A stretch of DNA of 64,000 nt from Octopus vulgaris (lineage: Eukaryota), in the NCBI GenBank assembly GCA_951406725.2, contig OX597826.1, positions 35,650,001 to 35,714,000 of the forward strand. The letters run 5' to 3'. Of the stretch, positions 40,890 to 54,500 are shown piece after piece (position 1 is the stretch's first letter; every line of letters starts with the position of its first letter). The position numbers and the translations under genes were made by a program. The notes below the pieces were generated by a model. The model made no database searches. It was given only the letters and a program-made list of their open reading frames with translations, and was not told where the DNA came from.

Positions 40890-41796
40890 ATGTTACCAAT
40901 ATTACATATTATTTCATAACAGCTGCTTTACTATTAAATATCCCACTTTCAGAGTAATTACACAGAGTAACCGTAAAGAAAAGGAACTACAAAAGGATTG
41001 ATAAGGGAAATGACACCTGGCTTTAAAACTCTGCCTCTTCATAAAACCTTTCTAAACAATGTTACCTTTAATTTTTTGCAGCAGTGATGTACAGAAATTT
41101 GCACATAAAACAAATTTTGTTTTTCTTTGCAAAATATGTGCACAATGATGCAAGTAACCATCGTTCGAATGTCTTCAATAGAAAAAATAAAACTGTGATT
41201 TAATCTTGGAAACCTTGTGTGTACACATTTCTCCCTTTGTGCGCCGTCTGTGAAGCATATGTGCACATGCACAACTGCAAAGCTTAGAGGAAGACTGCCT
41301 CCAACCAGTGCCAGCATGGAAGAGGCAGAACTAAGATACTGATGACGATGATGATGATGAACGTCGTCATGGTAGTGGTGGTGATGATGATGATGATGGT
41401 GGTGGTGGCACTGGTGATAATGATGATGACAGTGATGATAACAATGATGCCATTGACAGTGAGAATAATGAGGACAATGATGATGATAATTGTGTTTAAG
41501 ATGATTATGAAAGTGATGATGATAAAGTTAATATAATGAGCTGCAGTCTTCCTCATAATACTACTGCATAAAACTGAGTGTATACTATACAAAAGTGGTA
41601 AATTCCTCAGTAGTTGACTGAGCAACGCAAGTTCCATTTCTGGCTGAAGCTGTTTACTTACTCTTATAAATCACTTGTTAAGCTTATCTCCACACATTAT
41701 CTATAGAAATGACAGCCAGTACTGATTTCTTACCATGTTTTGTATCCAAATATGTCTGATATAAACAATGAGACTGAAGATGTAAAAATGGGTAAC

Positions 41797-41843
41797 TGGT
41801 GTACATGCATATTTCGGGAGTTTTTGTTCTTTCATCAGTACCA
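41797..41843 (-). ncRNA. Degenerate type I hammerhead motif
   Basis: Minus strand UGGUA-CUGAUGA-(16 nt)-GAAAU AUGCAU GUA^CACCA; near-palindromic stem III, stem II decayed. Confidence 0.5.
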
Positions 41844-43464
41844 CATCCAACCCATTAACTGCTCATGTAAACATTGCTTAAACAGCCACTAAATTTAGTG
41901 GATTAACATTATTGGATATACTAATTTTATGTATTAAACACACTCTTGCATTAAATGTACTCCAATACGAAATGCCGTAGCAAATCAGAGCAAGCTATAA
42001 TATGCATAGAAAATCTGTAGAGTTAACCTTTACAAGGGATTTAATAGCACTGCTATCACAGTAGGACACACTATTGACTTATAAAAGCATTCAATATACC
42101 TGGTAGTATATTATGGTTGCATAAATAAATACAGTGTCCCTATGAATCGTTAACACTTGTAAATATTCTACAGTATCGTTATACAAGCATACGTCTATGG
42201 AAGATTTACCAAATTCTATTAAGGCAAAAACTTCCCAAGACATGCTGTGATATGTTATATCTACATGTAAAGATAATATTTCAGAAACCATGCAAATTTA
42301 TTCAAAAAATGCTAATTCTTATTTCACTGTACCAGCAACCTGCTTACCATATTTAGTCTAAGATACTTCAAGTTTCTCTAAAAGAAAATTCTTATCTTCA
42401 GGAAAGAAACACACTTCAGACATAGATCTACCTTCTAAATTTAATTTGCTATATTTTATTTGGCTATTTATTTATGTATTTATTTACTTACTTTTGTTCT
42501 GAGATTATCAACCAAAATAGGTTTGTAATGAATTTTAAAAGCTAAATTATTTTGCTGAAGAATACTAAAAGAGATATGGTAGGAAAAGAAGAAGATTTTT
42601 GACAGCACACTCTGCAGATTCATATGATAGCATAACAAAAATGAACAAAATAAAGTAATTGCTTAAAAATTCCCTTCAAACCATTTAAAATTCTCTTGGA
42701 CTGCAATTCTCATTAAGAAAGAGAAAGTGGAAAAGAAAGAAAAAAAATAACAAACAAAACAAAAGACCCAACACTCTACTAATGTTTATTTCAAGTAGGT
42801 TTTTGTGTTTCGAGAAACAACTTTTTTGTTGTTGTCCTTGTTTGATTACTTTTTCCCTCTCACTATGCTTCATTGCTGCAAAATTTTGCAATGCCTAAAA
42901 TACTTGATAATTAGATAATTAATAGGTTTAATAATGTTGTCTATCAGGCAATTAATACAATAAAGACTTCAAACATAAATTCTTGAAGTCATTCAAAAAG
43001 TATCCTTTTAGATATACTTTTATTGAAAATTTATTTAAATTCTAAATAACATATCATTAACTGTTTACATATAATTTTATGCTAAATTTTTCAATACTTA
43101 TGTGGGTTTGATAAGTTTTCAAATACAAATATAATATGGCATGTATTTTTATTGGCAGCAATGAATTTCAAATGACTGGCAGACCAGGTGATTATTTTAT
43201 CAATTGCTGTTTTAACAATTCCGAGGTCATATTTCTAATAAAATACACAGTCTGTGTGATTTAATGAATTCTAAAATTCTGACAATATAAATTAAGATAT
43301 AATTACTAAGAAAATGGCCATGTTAAAACATTTGTTTGACAACCACATTTTGGGTTCTGTTACACTGGATGACATACTGGATAAATGTTTTCTGCTATTG
43401 CCTCAGGTCAATCAAAGCCTCATGGTAATGAATTTGGTAAATAGAAACTGACTTGCATGAGTAT

Positions 43465-43868
43465 ACTCTTTTACTTGTTTCAGTTATTTGACTGTGACCA
43501 TGCTGGAGCACCGCCTTTAGTCGAGCAAATCGACCCCGGGACTTATTCTTTGTAAGCCCAGTACTTATTCTATTGGTCTCTTTTGCCGAACCGCTATGTG
43601 ACGGGGACGTAAACACACCAGCATCGGTTGTCAAGCAATGCTAGGGGGACAAATACAGACATACAAACACATACATACACATACATATATATATATATCT
43701 ATATACGACAGGCTTCTTTCAGTTTCCATCTACCAAATCCACTCACAAGGCATTGGTCGGCCTGGGGCTATAGCAGAAGACACTTGCCCAAGGTGCCACA
43801 CAGTGGGACTGAACCCAGAACCATGTGGTTGGTTAGCAAGCTACTTACCACACAGCCACTCCTGCACC
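43465..43868 (-). mobile_element. Family A SINE, well preserved
   Basis: Full-length reverse copy with CpGs retained. Confidence 0.9.
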
Positions 43869-45922
43869 TATGTGCATATATATATATAATATATAAAAAG
43901 TATGTGTGTGTTCATGTGTGTATGTGCATGTGTGTGTTTGCATGTGCATGTATGTGTGTGTGTGTCTCCTTGTCTGATCCATGCAAGCGGGAAAAAGTGG
44001 TTGCAAAACAATGATAATGACAATGATGATATTAATGATGATGACAACAATGATGAAGAAGTCACAACAGAATCCCTTGCAGCACTAGACTGATTATGTT
44101 AGAAACATATTGTCTATGAGGAAAAAGAGAAATTCTTCTCATGTGACATACACAACAGTAATTAGCATGTTTTCCTTTTGAATCTGCTATATATTAGGAA
44201 TACATTTGCAAATCATTGTTTTGAATTTCATTGACCACAGAACAAATGGCTTATTTTCACTTGGCAGATTGTAGCACAGATCAGCAAACAGTTTTCAGAA
44301 ATTCTAAAATAAAACCATCTGCCTTTCTGTATGTTCAAAGGTTTTGAATTTCTTCGATTGAGTCAAGTGTGTTATGAACATATTGTTATTATAAAAATTA
44401 GATGTTCTCCTGTGACATACACAACAATGGTTAGCATATTTTGTGTTTGAATCAGCTGGAAAGTATTACAAATGAACATGCAAGTTATTGTTCCAGGTTT
44501 CACAGTTTAAAGTGGAAAAAAACAATTTTTTGAATTATGTGGAAATTTACATTTATGAACAAGAACCATTATACAACATAGACTGATGTTTGTTGAATAC
44601 TGTTGGTAAAGATGGTCTGAATTTATACATCAGTTATTACTGCAGGATCAAGTACATGGTGAAAGAAGAAATAGACCTTGTCGAACACATGTGTCATGGC
44701 CGAAGGAGGACAGTAAAGAAACTGAATTCTGTTAATGATTGAGAATAGGGAAGTGTGGAGAAAACGAGTCACTGTGATATGAGTGCATCTAAATTGACAG
44801 AAGTTATTATTTACATCTTAATTTGCTGAAATCATTCTGCACAGGATGATAGACATGACCTGATTCATTGAGGGTTAGGTTATGTGTACCTCAGAGATTT
44901 CCCCATCAGGTTTAATCCACCTGTCAAAATTGTTTGAGTGTGGTCAACAGATATACTGCAGCTTTTGAGCTGTGTTGAGAGCTGAGGACAAGATAAAGAC
45001 AAAAATTAAAAGAGTTGCTACTGAGAGAACATATGATGCACTTTCATCGAACATTATTCACACTCAATGATTGACAAGATTAACAGGCTCAGGGGAAAGG
45101 GTTGCAGAGGGTGCAAGAGCACCTTTTAAAATTTTGGAGTATGGCTATGAAAATGCTTTGAACATCCTCCTGAAAAACTGGGTTTGCATCAAATTAGCAA
45201 ATTTTGTTCTTGCACTTATGACTACAATAATGGCAAAAAATTACAGAAAATACAAACAAGTGGCATGAAGATAGTTTTCTCTTAAATATTTCATTTGTTT
45301 TTTCAAACTAGAATTTACTACCATTGATTTTAAAATAATTAAAAAAATAAAGATATTTATTGTCTTGACGAAACGTGCAGGTATGGTTGTGTGGTTATAA
45401 AGCTTGCTTTACAACCACATGGTTTCAGGTTCAGTCCCACAATGCATCACCTTGGGTAAGTATCTTGAACTAAATCCATAGGCTGTTCAAATTTTTATGA
45501 GAATTTGGTAAACGGAAACTGTATGGATGCCTGTCATATATAAATATGTGTACATACATGTGTGTGTGTGTATATATAGTTGAAATTTATTGAAAATCAA
45601 AAAAACGAAGACATGTATGAACAACCAGGTGTATTTGTTTGATACCTGGGAAAATGAAAAAGTCTTATGTTTCACTCATACACTCTTTAACGGAAAGGAA
45701 TAAGAGAAAATAGACAGAGAGAGAATGAAAAAAACATGTAGAATTCAGCAGTCCAGCATGGCGAATATATATGTGTGTATATATATATATGTGTGTGTGT
45801 GTGTACTTTATTATTATTAAAGCTGCAAAAACAACACAAAAAAAATCACAAAAATCACAAAAATCTACTACTCAGAGAATGTGAAACTCTGAGTAGCAGA
45901 ATTTTGTGAGTGCAGTGTGGAC

Positions 45923-46267
45923 AGGTATAGGAGTGGCTGTGTGGTAATTAGCTTGCTTATGAACCACATGGTTCCAGGTTCAGTCCCACCCTGGGCAAGT
46001 ATCTTCAACTATGGCCTCGGGCCAACCAAAACCTTATGAGTGGATTTGTGTGTGTGTTTATATGTTTGTGTGTGTGCTTGTTCCCCCCAACATTGCTTGA
46101 CAACCAATGCTGGTGTGTTTACATCCCCTTAACTTAGTGGTTCAGCAAAAGAGACCTATAGAATAAGTACTAGGCTTGCAAAGAATAAGTCCTGAGGTCA
46201 ATTTGCATGACTAAAGGCGGTGCTCCAGCATGGCCACAGTCAAATGACTGAAACAAGTAAAAGAGTA
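45923..46267 (+). mobile_element. Family A SINE
   Basis: Forward copy with an internal deletion. Confidence 0.85.
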
Positions 46268-46343
46268 TAAAGCATATTACTCTACCTCCGGTATTCAAGT
46301 ACTATTTTTTCCCCACCTTGTTTCACATTAATGTGCTTACTTT

Positions 46344-46381
<38 letters not shown>

Positions 46382-46628
46382 TAGAGGGCACATGAGGTGC
46401 CTACTTGCTAGAAAGTGGGGCTAAATCCTCAACTGAACCACCAAATTATGCTGAAATACACAACAGAACTGAAGGTGGCACTGCAGCATGGCCACTGTCC
46501 AATAACTGAAACAAATAAAAAAATAAACATGCAAGAGAGAATACAGTTCCTGCAATATATTTTAAACCCTTGATTCAAAGACAGGGAATTTATAAATGCA
46601 TATTGTTTTCAATATTTTCTCCTGGCAA

Positions 46629-46845
46629 GGCGGCAAGTTAGCAGAAACGTTAGCATGCCAGGTGAAATGCATAGCAGTATTTCGTCTGTCTTTGCGTTCT
46701 GAGTTCGAATTCCACCAAGGTCAACCTTGCCTTTCGTCCTTTCGGAGTTGATAAATTAAGTGCCAGTTGCATACTGGGTTTGACCTAATCAACGGGTCCC
46801 TTACCTCAAAATTTCGGGCCTTGTGCCTAGAGTAGAAGAGAATAT
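46629..46845 (+). mobile_element. tRNA-derived SINE, family B
   Basis: GGCGGCAAGTTAGCAGAAACGTTAGCA head, B-box GAGTTCGAATTCC, tail GGCCTTGTGCCTAGAGTAGAA. Confidence 0.85.
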
Positions 46846-47535
46846 TTTCTCCTGGTTTTTGTCTTTTAATCTCACAGGAATGTCGTCTTAGCAACCAAGA
46901 CTTCATAAATTCTATAACTACTAAATTAGTTGCTACTTCATCAGAAGACACTAAAAAGTAATTTAAAACTTTAAACGTCTTTCTTCAAGTTAAAAATCTT
47001 ACTGAAAGTTCTTGCTCTCTATAAATTAATTAATTTTCATCCAATTTTCATTTATTTCTTTCTTTACTTTTTAAAAATTTTCTGTTGTTGTTGTTGTTGT
47101 CATCTTTTATAATAAAATATATAATGGAAATGTAATGTGGCGAAAATTTGTGGCTGCATCTCTAAGTATGCAATAATCAACCTCATCACCAACATCATCA
47201 TGATCACCAACATCATCATCATCATTATCACTACCATCATGACCAACATCACCATCATCAATGATAACACCAACAATAAAAGCAATACCATGACGAGTAC
47301 ACGATCACCACCACCACCACCAACAACAACGGCAACAACACTGCCACCTCTCGCATCAACACCATTATCGTCTTCATGTTGTTGATGATATTAAATAATG
47401 CAATATAACTTTCACTTGATTAGTAATTTTATATGAAAATGTAAATTGTAATGGAAACTGAAATAAAATCACTAATTAATGAAAAGATTAATTAAAAATA
47501 TTTGTGTTAATAAAGCTGCTAGCCAAAATATTCTC

Positions 47536-47570
<35 letters not shown>

Positions 47571-47845
47571 TGTATATATACATATATATATACACACACA
47601 CATATATATATGCACATATATATATACACACATATATATATATATACACATATATATATACACATATATATATATACACACACATATATATACACACATA
47701 TATATATACATATATATATATACACACATATATATATATACACACATATATATATATATATACACATATATATATATACATATATATATACACATATATA
47801 TATATACACATATATATATATACATATATATATATACACACATAA

Positions 47846-47882
<37 letters not shown>

Positions 47883-48497
47883 TCTACACACATATATATA
47901 TATACACACACACACGTATATGTGTGTGTATATCTGTGCATGCACATAGATATTCATATATAAATATACATATATATGCATATACATTTACACACATATA
48001 TATGTATTTATGTGTGTGTGTATACAGAAATACACAATTTTGGACAACTATATTTGGTCAAGAATTCTTCCTTAGTTACTCTTCTCAAAAAAATTACTTC
48101 AAATTTAGCTGAATTCTTTCAATTTGGAATATTTCCAATATGTATCATACATAGACACACAAAAACACACATATGTTCAACATTTATCTAAATAGGCACA
48201 CATTCAAACAAAATTACATGCACACTCACACACACACATATTATATATGATATAAATATATTATTTTGAAGTTGGATATTTGAAAGATGGTCTAGCATAA
48301 GATTGGAAAATGGAGTTGGCAGAGGAAGACTAAATATAAGAAACAAACAGAAATGGTGAGTTTAGATCCTAAGATTTCGTGTATAACAAATGTGATGGCA
48401 CAGAAACACTGGAAGGAACTGTGCAAGGACTATGGGAAGTAGACATATTCTGCCCATTCCAATATGGAAGCAGCAGATGAAACTTTGGCAGATATGA

Positions 48498-48901
48498 CAG
48501 GAGTGGCTGTGTGGTAAGTAGCTTGTTTACCAACCACATGGTTCCGGATTCAGTCCCAATGCGTGGCACCTTGGGCAAGTGTCTTCTTCTATAGCCTCGG
48601 GCCGACCAAAGCCTTGTGATTGGATTTGGTAGATGGAAACTGAAAAGAAGCCCGTCGTATATATGTATATATATATATATATGCGTGTGTGTGTTTGTGT
48701 GTCTGTGTTTGTCCCCCCCCCCCCAACATTGCTTGACAACCAATGCTGGTGTGTTTATGTCCCTGTCATTTAGCAGTTCAGCAAAAGAGACCGATAGAAT
48801 AAGTACTGGGCTTACAAAAGAATAAGTCCCGGGGTCGAGTTGCTTGATTAAAGGCGGTGCTCCAGCATGGCCGCAGTCAAATGACTGAAACAAGTAAAAA
48901 A
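48498..48901 (+). mobile_element. Family A SINE
   Basis: Full-length forward copy. Confidence 0.9.
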
Positions 48902-48989
48902 GTATGGCAGCAATAACAATAGACTTCTGTGACTGTATCTCTAATGTACATCAGCCTTGGAACTGGCACTCTGATTTTTATAATTATGA

Positions 48990-49290
48990 AAGACCCAGTT
49001 GATCTGATCAACAAAACAGCCTGCTCATCAAAATAAAAAAAAAGGCAAGTGGCTGAGCATTCCACAGATACATGTATCCTTAACATAGTTCTCAGGGCTA
49101 TTTAACGTGGCACAGGATGTGGTGAGGCCAGCCCTTTGAAATACAGGCACAACTCATATTTACCAGCTGGGTGGCCTGGAACAGCATGGAATAAAGTGTT
49201 TTGCTTAAGAACCAAAGATGCTGCTGGGAATTGAACTCACGAACTCACAAACATGAGCCAAATACCCTAACAATTAGGCCATATGCTTTC
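48990..49290 (-). mobile_element. Family C SINE
   Basis: Homologous to 1003-1317; an inverted partial copy lies at 49445-49588. Confidence 0.7.
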
Positions 49291-49619
49291 ACTAGCCTTC
49301 AACCCCTTGCATAAAACCATCTCCTTTTCTCTCAAATAATATTCTCATTCAGTTAAGGTTTTTTTTTCCTTTTCCTTTCATTGTTTTGTCTTTCAAGGTA
49401 ACTGGTCACCTCACTGGTGCTGGTGTTATGATAAAAATCATTCACTTTACTCCATGTTGCTCCAGTCCACCCAGCTGGTAAATATGAATAGTACCTACAT
49501 TTCAAGGGGCTGGCCTCATCACATTCTGTGCCACACTGAATATCCCTGAGAACTATATTAAGGATACATGTATCTGTGAAGTGCTCAGGGGCCATCCGGA
49601 CTCCTGCCTTCGCCATGAA

Positions 49620-50294
49620 CAAGAATTAATCTTTTCTCTTCACTCTTTTGCACCACATGGGCTCAACTCCCTTCCTCTCCTCTGTTTACTCCTATCCACC
49701 TCTCCTCTCTTGCCCTGACACCTACTTCCCCTCTTCACTCCTACCCACCTTCTCCCTTCAGTGATACTCACTCCATCCACATCCCATGCCCATAATTACC
49801 ACTCCGACATACCTCATCTCTACGCCCACATACCCCACCCCTACCCCTACACCCTCAACCCAAACCCTACCCTCACATTCTCACATCCCCAACACTGCCA
49901 CACCATCCTGCACACACTAGTACTTTCCAGCACCCACACCATCCACACACCCACACATTACACACACACACATCCACAGGTAAGTCACCAGCCCCTATTC
50001 ACACGCTCGCACTTAGACACTCACATACACTCACACGCACGTGCACCTTTGGTTTGGGATCACCAATTGTTTATTATCTCCCCTTCTTCCTAGCTCTCCT
50101 GTCTAACTACCTCTGTTTAGCCATTTGCCATGATTGACTGCTAACTCCAAAAGTTTGTTTTATTCTCCCTCTGTTTATTTACTCATGTTCCTTTCTATTG
50201 AAGATCATAGGCTTGAAACATAAAAGACATTCTCACCTTCCCAAGCGTCAAACTAATACACATGTCTTCAATGTTTTGTTCTGTAAATTTCAAC

Positions 50295-50295
<1 letters not shown>
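49620..50295 (+). mobile_element. Penelope-like 3' remnant with decayed hammerhead-like motif
   Basis: C-rich tract, then CTTTCTA-TTGAAGA-TCATAGGCTT-GAAACATA-AAAGAC (50191-50228); reverse relative at ~45580-45710. Confidence 0.4.
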
Positions 50296-50326
<31 letters not shown>

Positions 50327-50356
50327 TACACACACATACATATATATATACACACA

Positions 50357-50387
<31 letters not shown>

Positions 50388-50498
50388 CTTATTATTTTTA
50401 TTCTTCCATACATAGCACGGCATACATTCATTCGCTGTTACAACATTTATTCATACGTTGCCTCTGTTAAATGTCTCAAGTTGAAATAACGATTTGTC

Positions 50499-50838
50499 TT
50501 TCCTATCTCTCTCACTACGAAATATAACCTTTTAGGCTACCTTTAAGTATTAACCCCGTCTTTCCGCCATAACTTGATTTTGGCTTTCCTATCTCTCTCT
50601 CTACGAAATATAACCTTTTAGGCTACCTTTAAGTATTAACCCCGTCTTTCCGCCATAACTTGATTTTGGCTTTCCTATCTCTCTCTCTACGAAATATAAC
50701 CTTTTAGACTACCTTTAAGTATTAACCCCATCTTTCCGCCATAACTTGATTTTGGCTTTCCTATCTCTCTCTACGAAATATACCCTTTTTTAGGCTACCT
50801 CCAAGCCTTAATCCCATCTTTCCCCATCTTTCCGCCAT
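50499..50838 (+). repeat. Four tandem 86-bp monomers upstream of the RTE ORF
   Basis: TTTCCTATCTCTCTC starts at 50499, 50585, 50671 and 50757; first three nearly identical, fourth diverged. Confidence 0.95.
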
Positions 50839-51310
50839 CGACGGTGCGCCCGCCCCCCACCCCCACCACCAATACCGGTGAACACTGTTCTCACCATCTA
50901 CACCGGATACGCCCTACTCCCTCCTCCTCCCCCCTTCCTACCCCTTCTCCTCATATGCTTTCACTGTGAAAAGACAAGCTGCTAGCGCCACAGCTCATCA
51001 ACTGCCCACTGATCTTACGCTTCCTCCTGACACTGCCTCAATCAGGCTATCTCCTTCCAGTCCCCTCCGTAATATCATACGTTTTTTATTTCTTACGAAC
51101 CTACACCAACCCTTCCTGCCATCGTTCCTCCTTACCCCAACCTTCCCCACTGGTGCTCCCCTATATTGACCGCACCCCCTCTACTATCTCTCCCCCTCTT
51201 TTCACTGGTAAAACCTTTCTCAGCTGGACCCCCCCCAACTCAACTCTAGAATATCTGTATTTTTCCTCCTTACTACGCTACCTAATTACGTTACTCAGTG
51301 ACGATAACGA

Positions 51311-51508
51311 ATGTCCACTGCTAACACCAGCTCCTGTCCACGGCGTGGACAGGTCGGAAGACAGATCAAAAGAAAAATGCTACGAAAACTATCACCACCA
51401 CAACAACCCTCCTCTTCTCAGGCGCTGAATTCCCCCCTCCCCCCACATCTCCTTCCCAGTTTTCAGAGTTGGCACTATCAATGTTGGTACATTGACAGGC
51501 AAGTCTAG
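51311..51508 (+). CDS. Short basic upstream ORF overlapping the RTE main ORF
   Basis: ATG-initiated 65 aa (MSTANTSSCPRRGQVGRQIKRKMLRK...); the main ORF has no ATG before its APE motif I. Confidence 0.45.
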   Translation: MSTANTSSCPRRGQVGRQIKRKMLRKLSPPQQPSSSQALNSPLPPHLLPSFQSWHYQCWYIDRQV

Positions 51509-54500
51509 TGAGATTGTAGAGATGCTAGAGAGAAGACAGGTTGATGTATGCTGCATACAAGAGGTAAGATGGAGAGGTGCTTCGGCTAGGGTCCTCACGG
51601 GCAAGGCACTTAGGTACAAACTCTTCTGGCAAGGTAACGTGGAAGGTGTAGGGGGTGTAGGCATTCTCCTTGCGGAGAAATGGGTGGATGAGGTCATAGA
51701 GGTTGTCAGGGTTTGCGATAGAGTGCTTAAGCTCAGGTTGGTCCTACAGAGTGGCACAGCTATGATTATCTCCGCCTATGCCCCACAAGCGGGACTACCA
51801 AATGATCAGAAGGACAACTTTTATGATAGCCTTCTGCAGGCTACTTCAAAGACTAGTAGCAAGGACCTCATCTTTGTAGGTGGAGACTTTAATGGGCATG
51901 TTGGGCGGGAATCCGGTATCTTCACTGGGGTACATGGTGGCTATGGTATTGGCACCAGAAATGATGAGGGAACTAGACTGCTGGAATTCTGTGATGCATG
52001 TAACCTTTCAATCTGCAACACTAACTTCAAGAAGCCAGTCTGCCACCTCATAACTTATCAGTCAGGAGACTCCGCTAGCCAAATAGACTTCATCCTCACC
52101 AGAAAGCGGGATGCAGGGTTGCTCTTGAATACAAAGACCCTCCCGGGTGAAGAATGTATCCTTCAGCATAGACTAATCATCAGTGACTTTAAGCTTAAGG
52201 CCAGAAGGACTCCAAGAAACAAACCAATCCAGAAAAGAAGGATTTGGAGGCTAAAGAACCCTTCACATGGTCAGAAATTTAGGGACATACTCATCAAGAA
52301 ATTTGATGAGAGGGAGGAGGAGCTTCAGACGTCAGACATAGAAGGTAGCTGGGAATTCCTACGGGACAGCTTGCTGAGTGCCACAGACCGAGTCTGTGGA
52401 TGGTGCAAAGTCCCTTCCAGACCTAGAATTACGTGGTGGTGGAATAGTGCAGTAGATAAAGCCATCTGTAAAAAGAGACGGGCCTGGAAAGCCTGGAAGG
52501 ATGGGGGCAGCAGGGAACTGTACCAGATAGCCAAAAGGGAGGCTGGGCGGCAGGTATACATAGCCAAAGACGTAGCAGAAAAGAAGAAGCTTGCCAATGT
52601 CCAGCGACGCGAGGATCAAAGAGCTGAAGTATTTCGGATTGCCAGACAGTGTGTCAGAGAAAATAGTGATGTTATAGGAGAGAAATGTGTCCGCATGGAT
52701 GATGGGGCACTTGCTTTTACTGCTAGTGAAAAGAAAGAGGCTTGGAGAAGCCATTATGAAAGACTGCTGAATGAGGAGAATGAATGGGAGGAGGAGAGCC
52801 TGCAAAATGTCGACCCAGTAGAGGGACCAGCTACCCGAATAGACAGCTCCCTTGTAGATAAGGCAATTAAGGATATGAAACCAGGCAAAGCCCCTGGCCT
52901 ATCAGGAATCACTGCTGAGATGCTTAAAACAGCTGGCTATGTGGGCTATACCATAGTCACCCGCATTGTAAACCAGGTAGTTCACAATGGAGTCATACCC
53001 AATGACTGGTGCAGCAGCACCATAGTCAACTGCTACAAGGGTAAGGGTGATGCTCTAGATAGAAATAACTACAGAGGTATCAAACTGTTGGACCAGGTGA
53101 TGAAGGTCTCAGAGAAGGTCATAACCCATCTCATTAGGGAGAGAATTTGTTTAGATGAAATGCAGTTCGGTTTTGTACCAGGTAGAAGCACCACTGATGC
53201 TATATTCCTGGTCCGACAACTCCAGGAGAAGTACCTAGCTAAAGATAAACCCCTCTACATAGCTTTTGTAGACTTGGAGAAAGCCTTTGACAGGGTTCCC
53301 CGTTCCCTCATCTGGTGGTCGATGCGGAAACTGGAGATTGAAGAATGGCTAATAAGGGCTGTACAGGCTCTATACAGAGAGGCTGTCAGCAAGGTTAGGA
53401 TTGGCAACGAATATAGTGAAGAATTCCGGGTAGAAGTAGGTGTGCACCAGGGCTCAGCCCTCAGTCCCCTTTTATTCATCATAGTCCTTCAGGCAATAAC
53501 AGAGGAATTCAAAATGGGATGCCCCTGGGAGCTCCTCTATGCCGATGACCTAGCTCTCATAGCAGAATCACTACCGGAACTAGAAGAGAAATTTCGGGTG
53601 TGGAAGCAAGGGCTGGAATCAAAGGGCCTTAGAATAAATGTAGCAAAGACCAAAGTATTAGTAAGCAGCAAGAGGTACTCAGCACACCCCCCCTCGGGTA
53701 GGTGGCCCTGCTCAATCTATAGGAAAGGTACAGGTAGAAACTCCATAAGATGCACCCAATGTAAGTTATGGACACATAAGAGGTGCAGCAACATTAAAGG
53801 GAAATTAACAGATAAGATAGCTTTCATGTGCGGCAGATGCACAGGGACAATAGACACAACAGACACTCAGAAAACAGATTCCATCACACTCCAGGGAGAG
53901 AAACTAGAAGTAGTTGATAGTTTCCGCTACCTGGGTGACCATGTTAGTAGCGGAGGTGGATGCACAGAGAGTATCACCACTAGAATACGAATAGCCTGGG
54001 CAAAGTTCAGAAAGCTCCTACCCCTACTGGCAACAAAAGGTCTCTCCCTCAGAGCGAAAGGTAGATTGTATGATGCATGTGTGCGAACTGCCATGCTTCA
54101 CGGTAATGAAACATGGGCAGTGACTGCAGAGGACATGCGTAGACTTGAAAGAAATGAAGCTAGCATGATCCGCTGGATGTGTAGTGTCAGTGTGCACGCA
54201 CGACAGAGTGTAAGCATCCTAAGAGAAATGCTGGATATAAGAAGCATCAGATGTGGTGTGCAAGAGCGACGCTTGCGATGGTATGGTCATGTGCTGCGGA
54301 TGGATGAAGAGAGATGTGTGAAGAAGTGCCACTCCCAAACAGTTGAAGGTATCAGGGGGAGAGGTAGACCCAGGAAGACATGGGATGAGGTAGTCAAGCA
54401 TGACCTCAGAGCATTGGGCCTCACTGAGGCAATGGCGAAAGACCGAGATCTCTGGAGATATGCTGTGACTGCAAAGACCCGGGCTGCTTTCTGCAGCAAT

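Noticed and set aside
50499-50838. 86-bp repeats as a CRISPR array
   Set aside because: Units are contiguous with no unique spacers, there are no cas genes, and the context is eukaryotic
50840-51310. HDV-like ribozyme in the RTE 5' UTR
   Set aside because: Known in some RTEs, but I could not build the nested double pseudoknot by eye; needs a motif search
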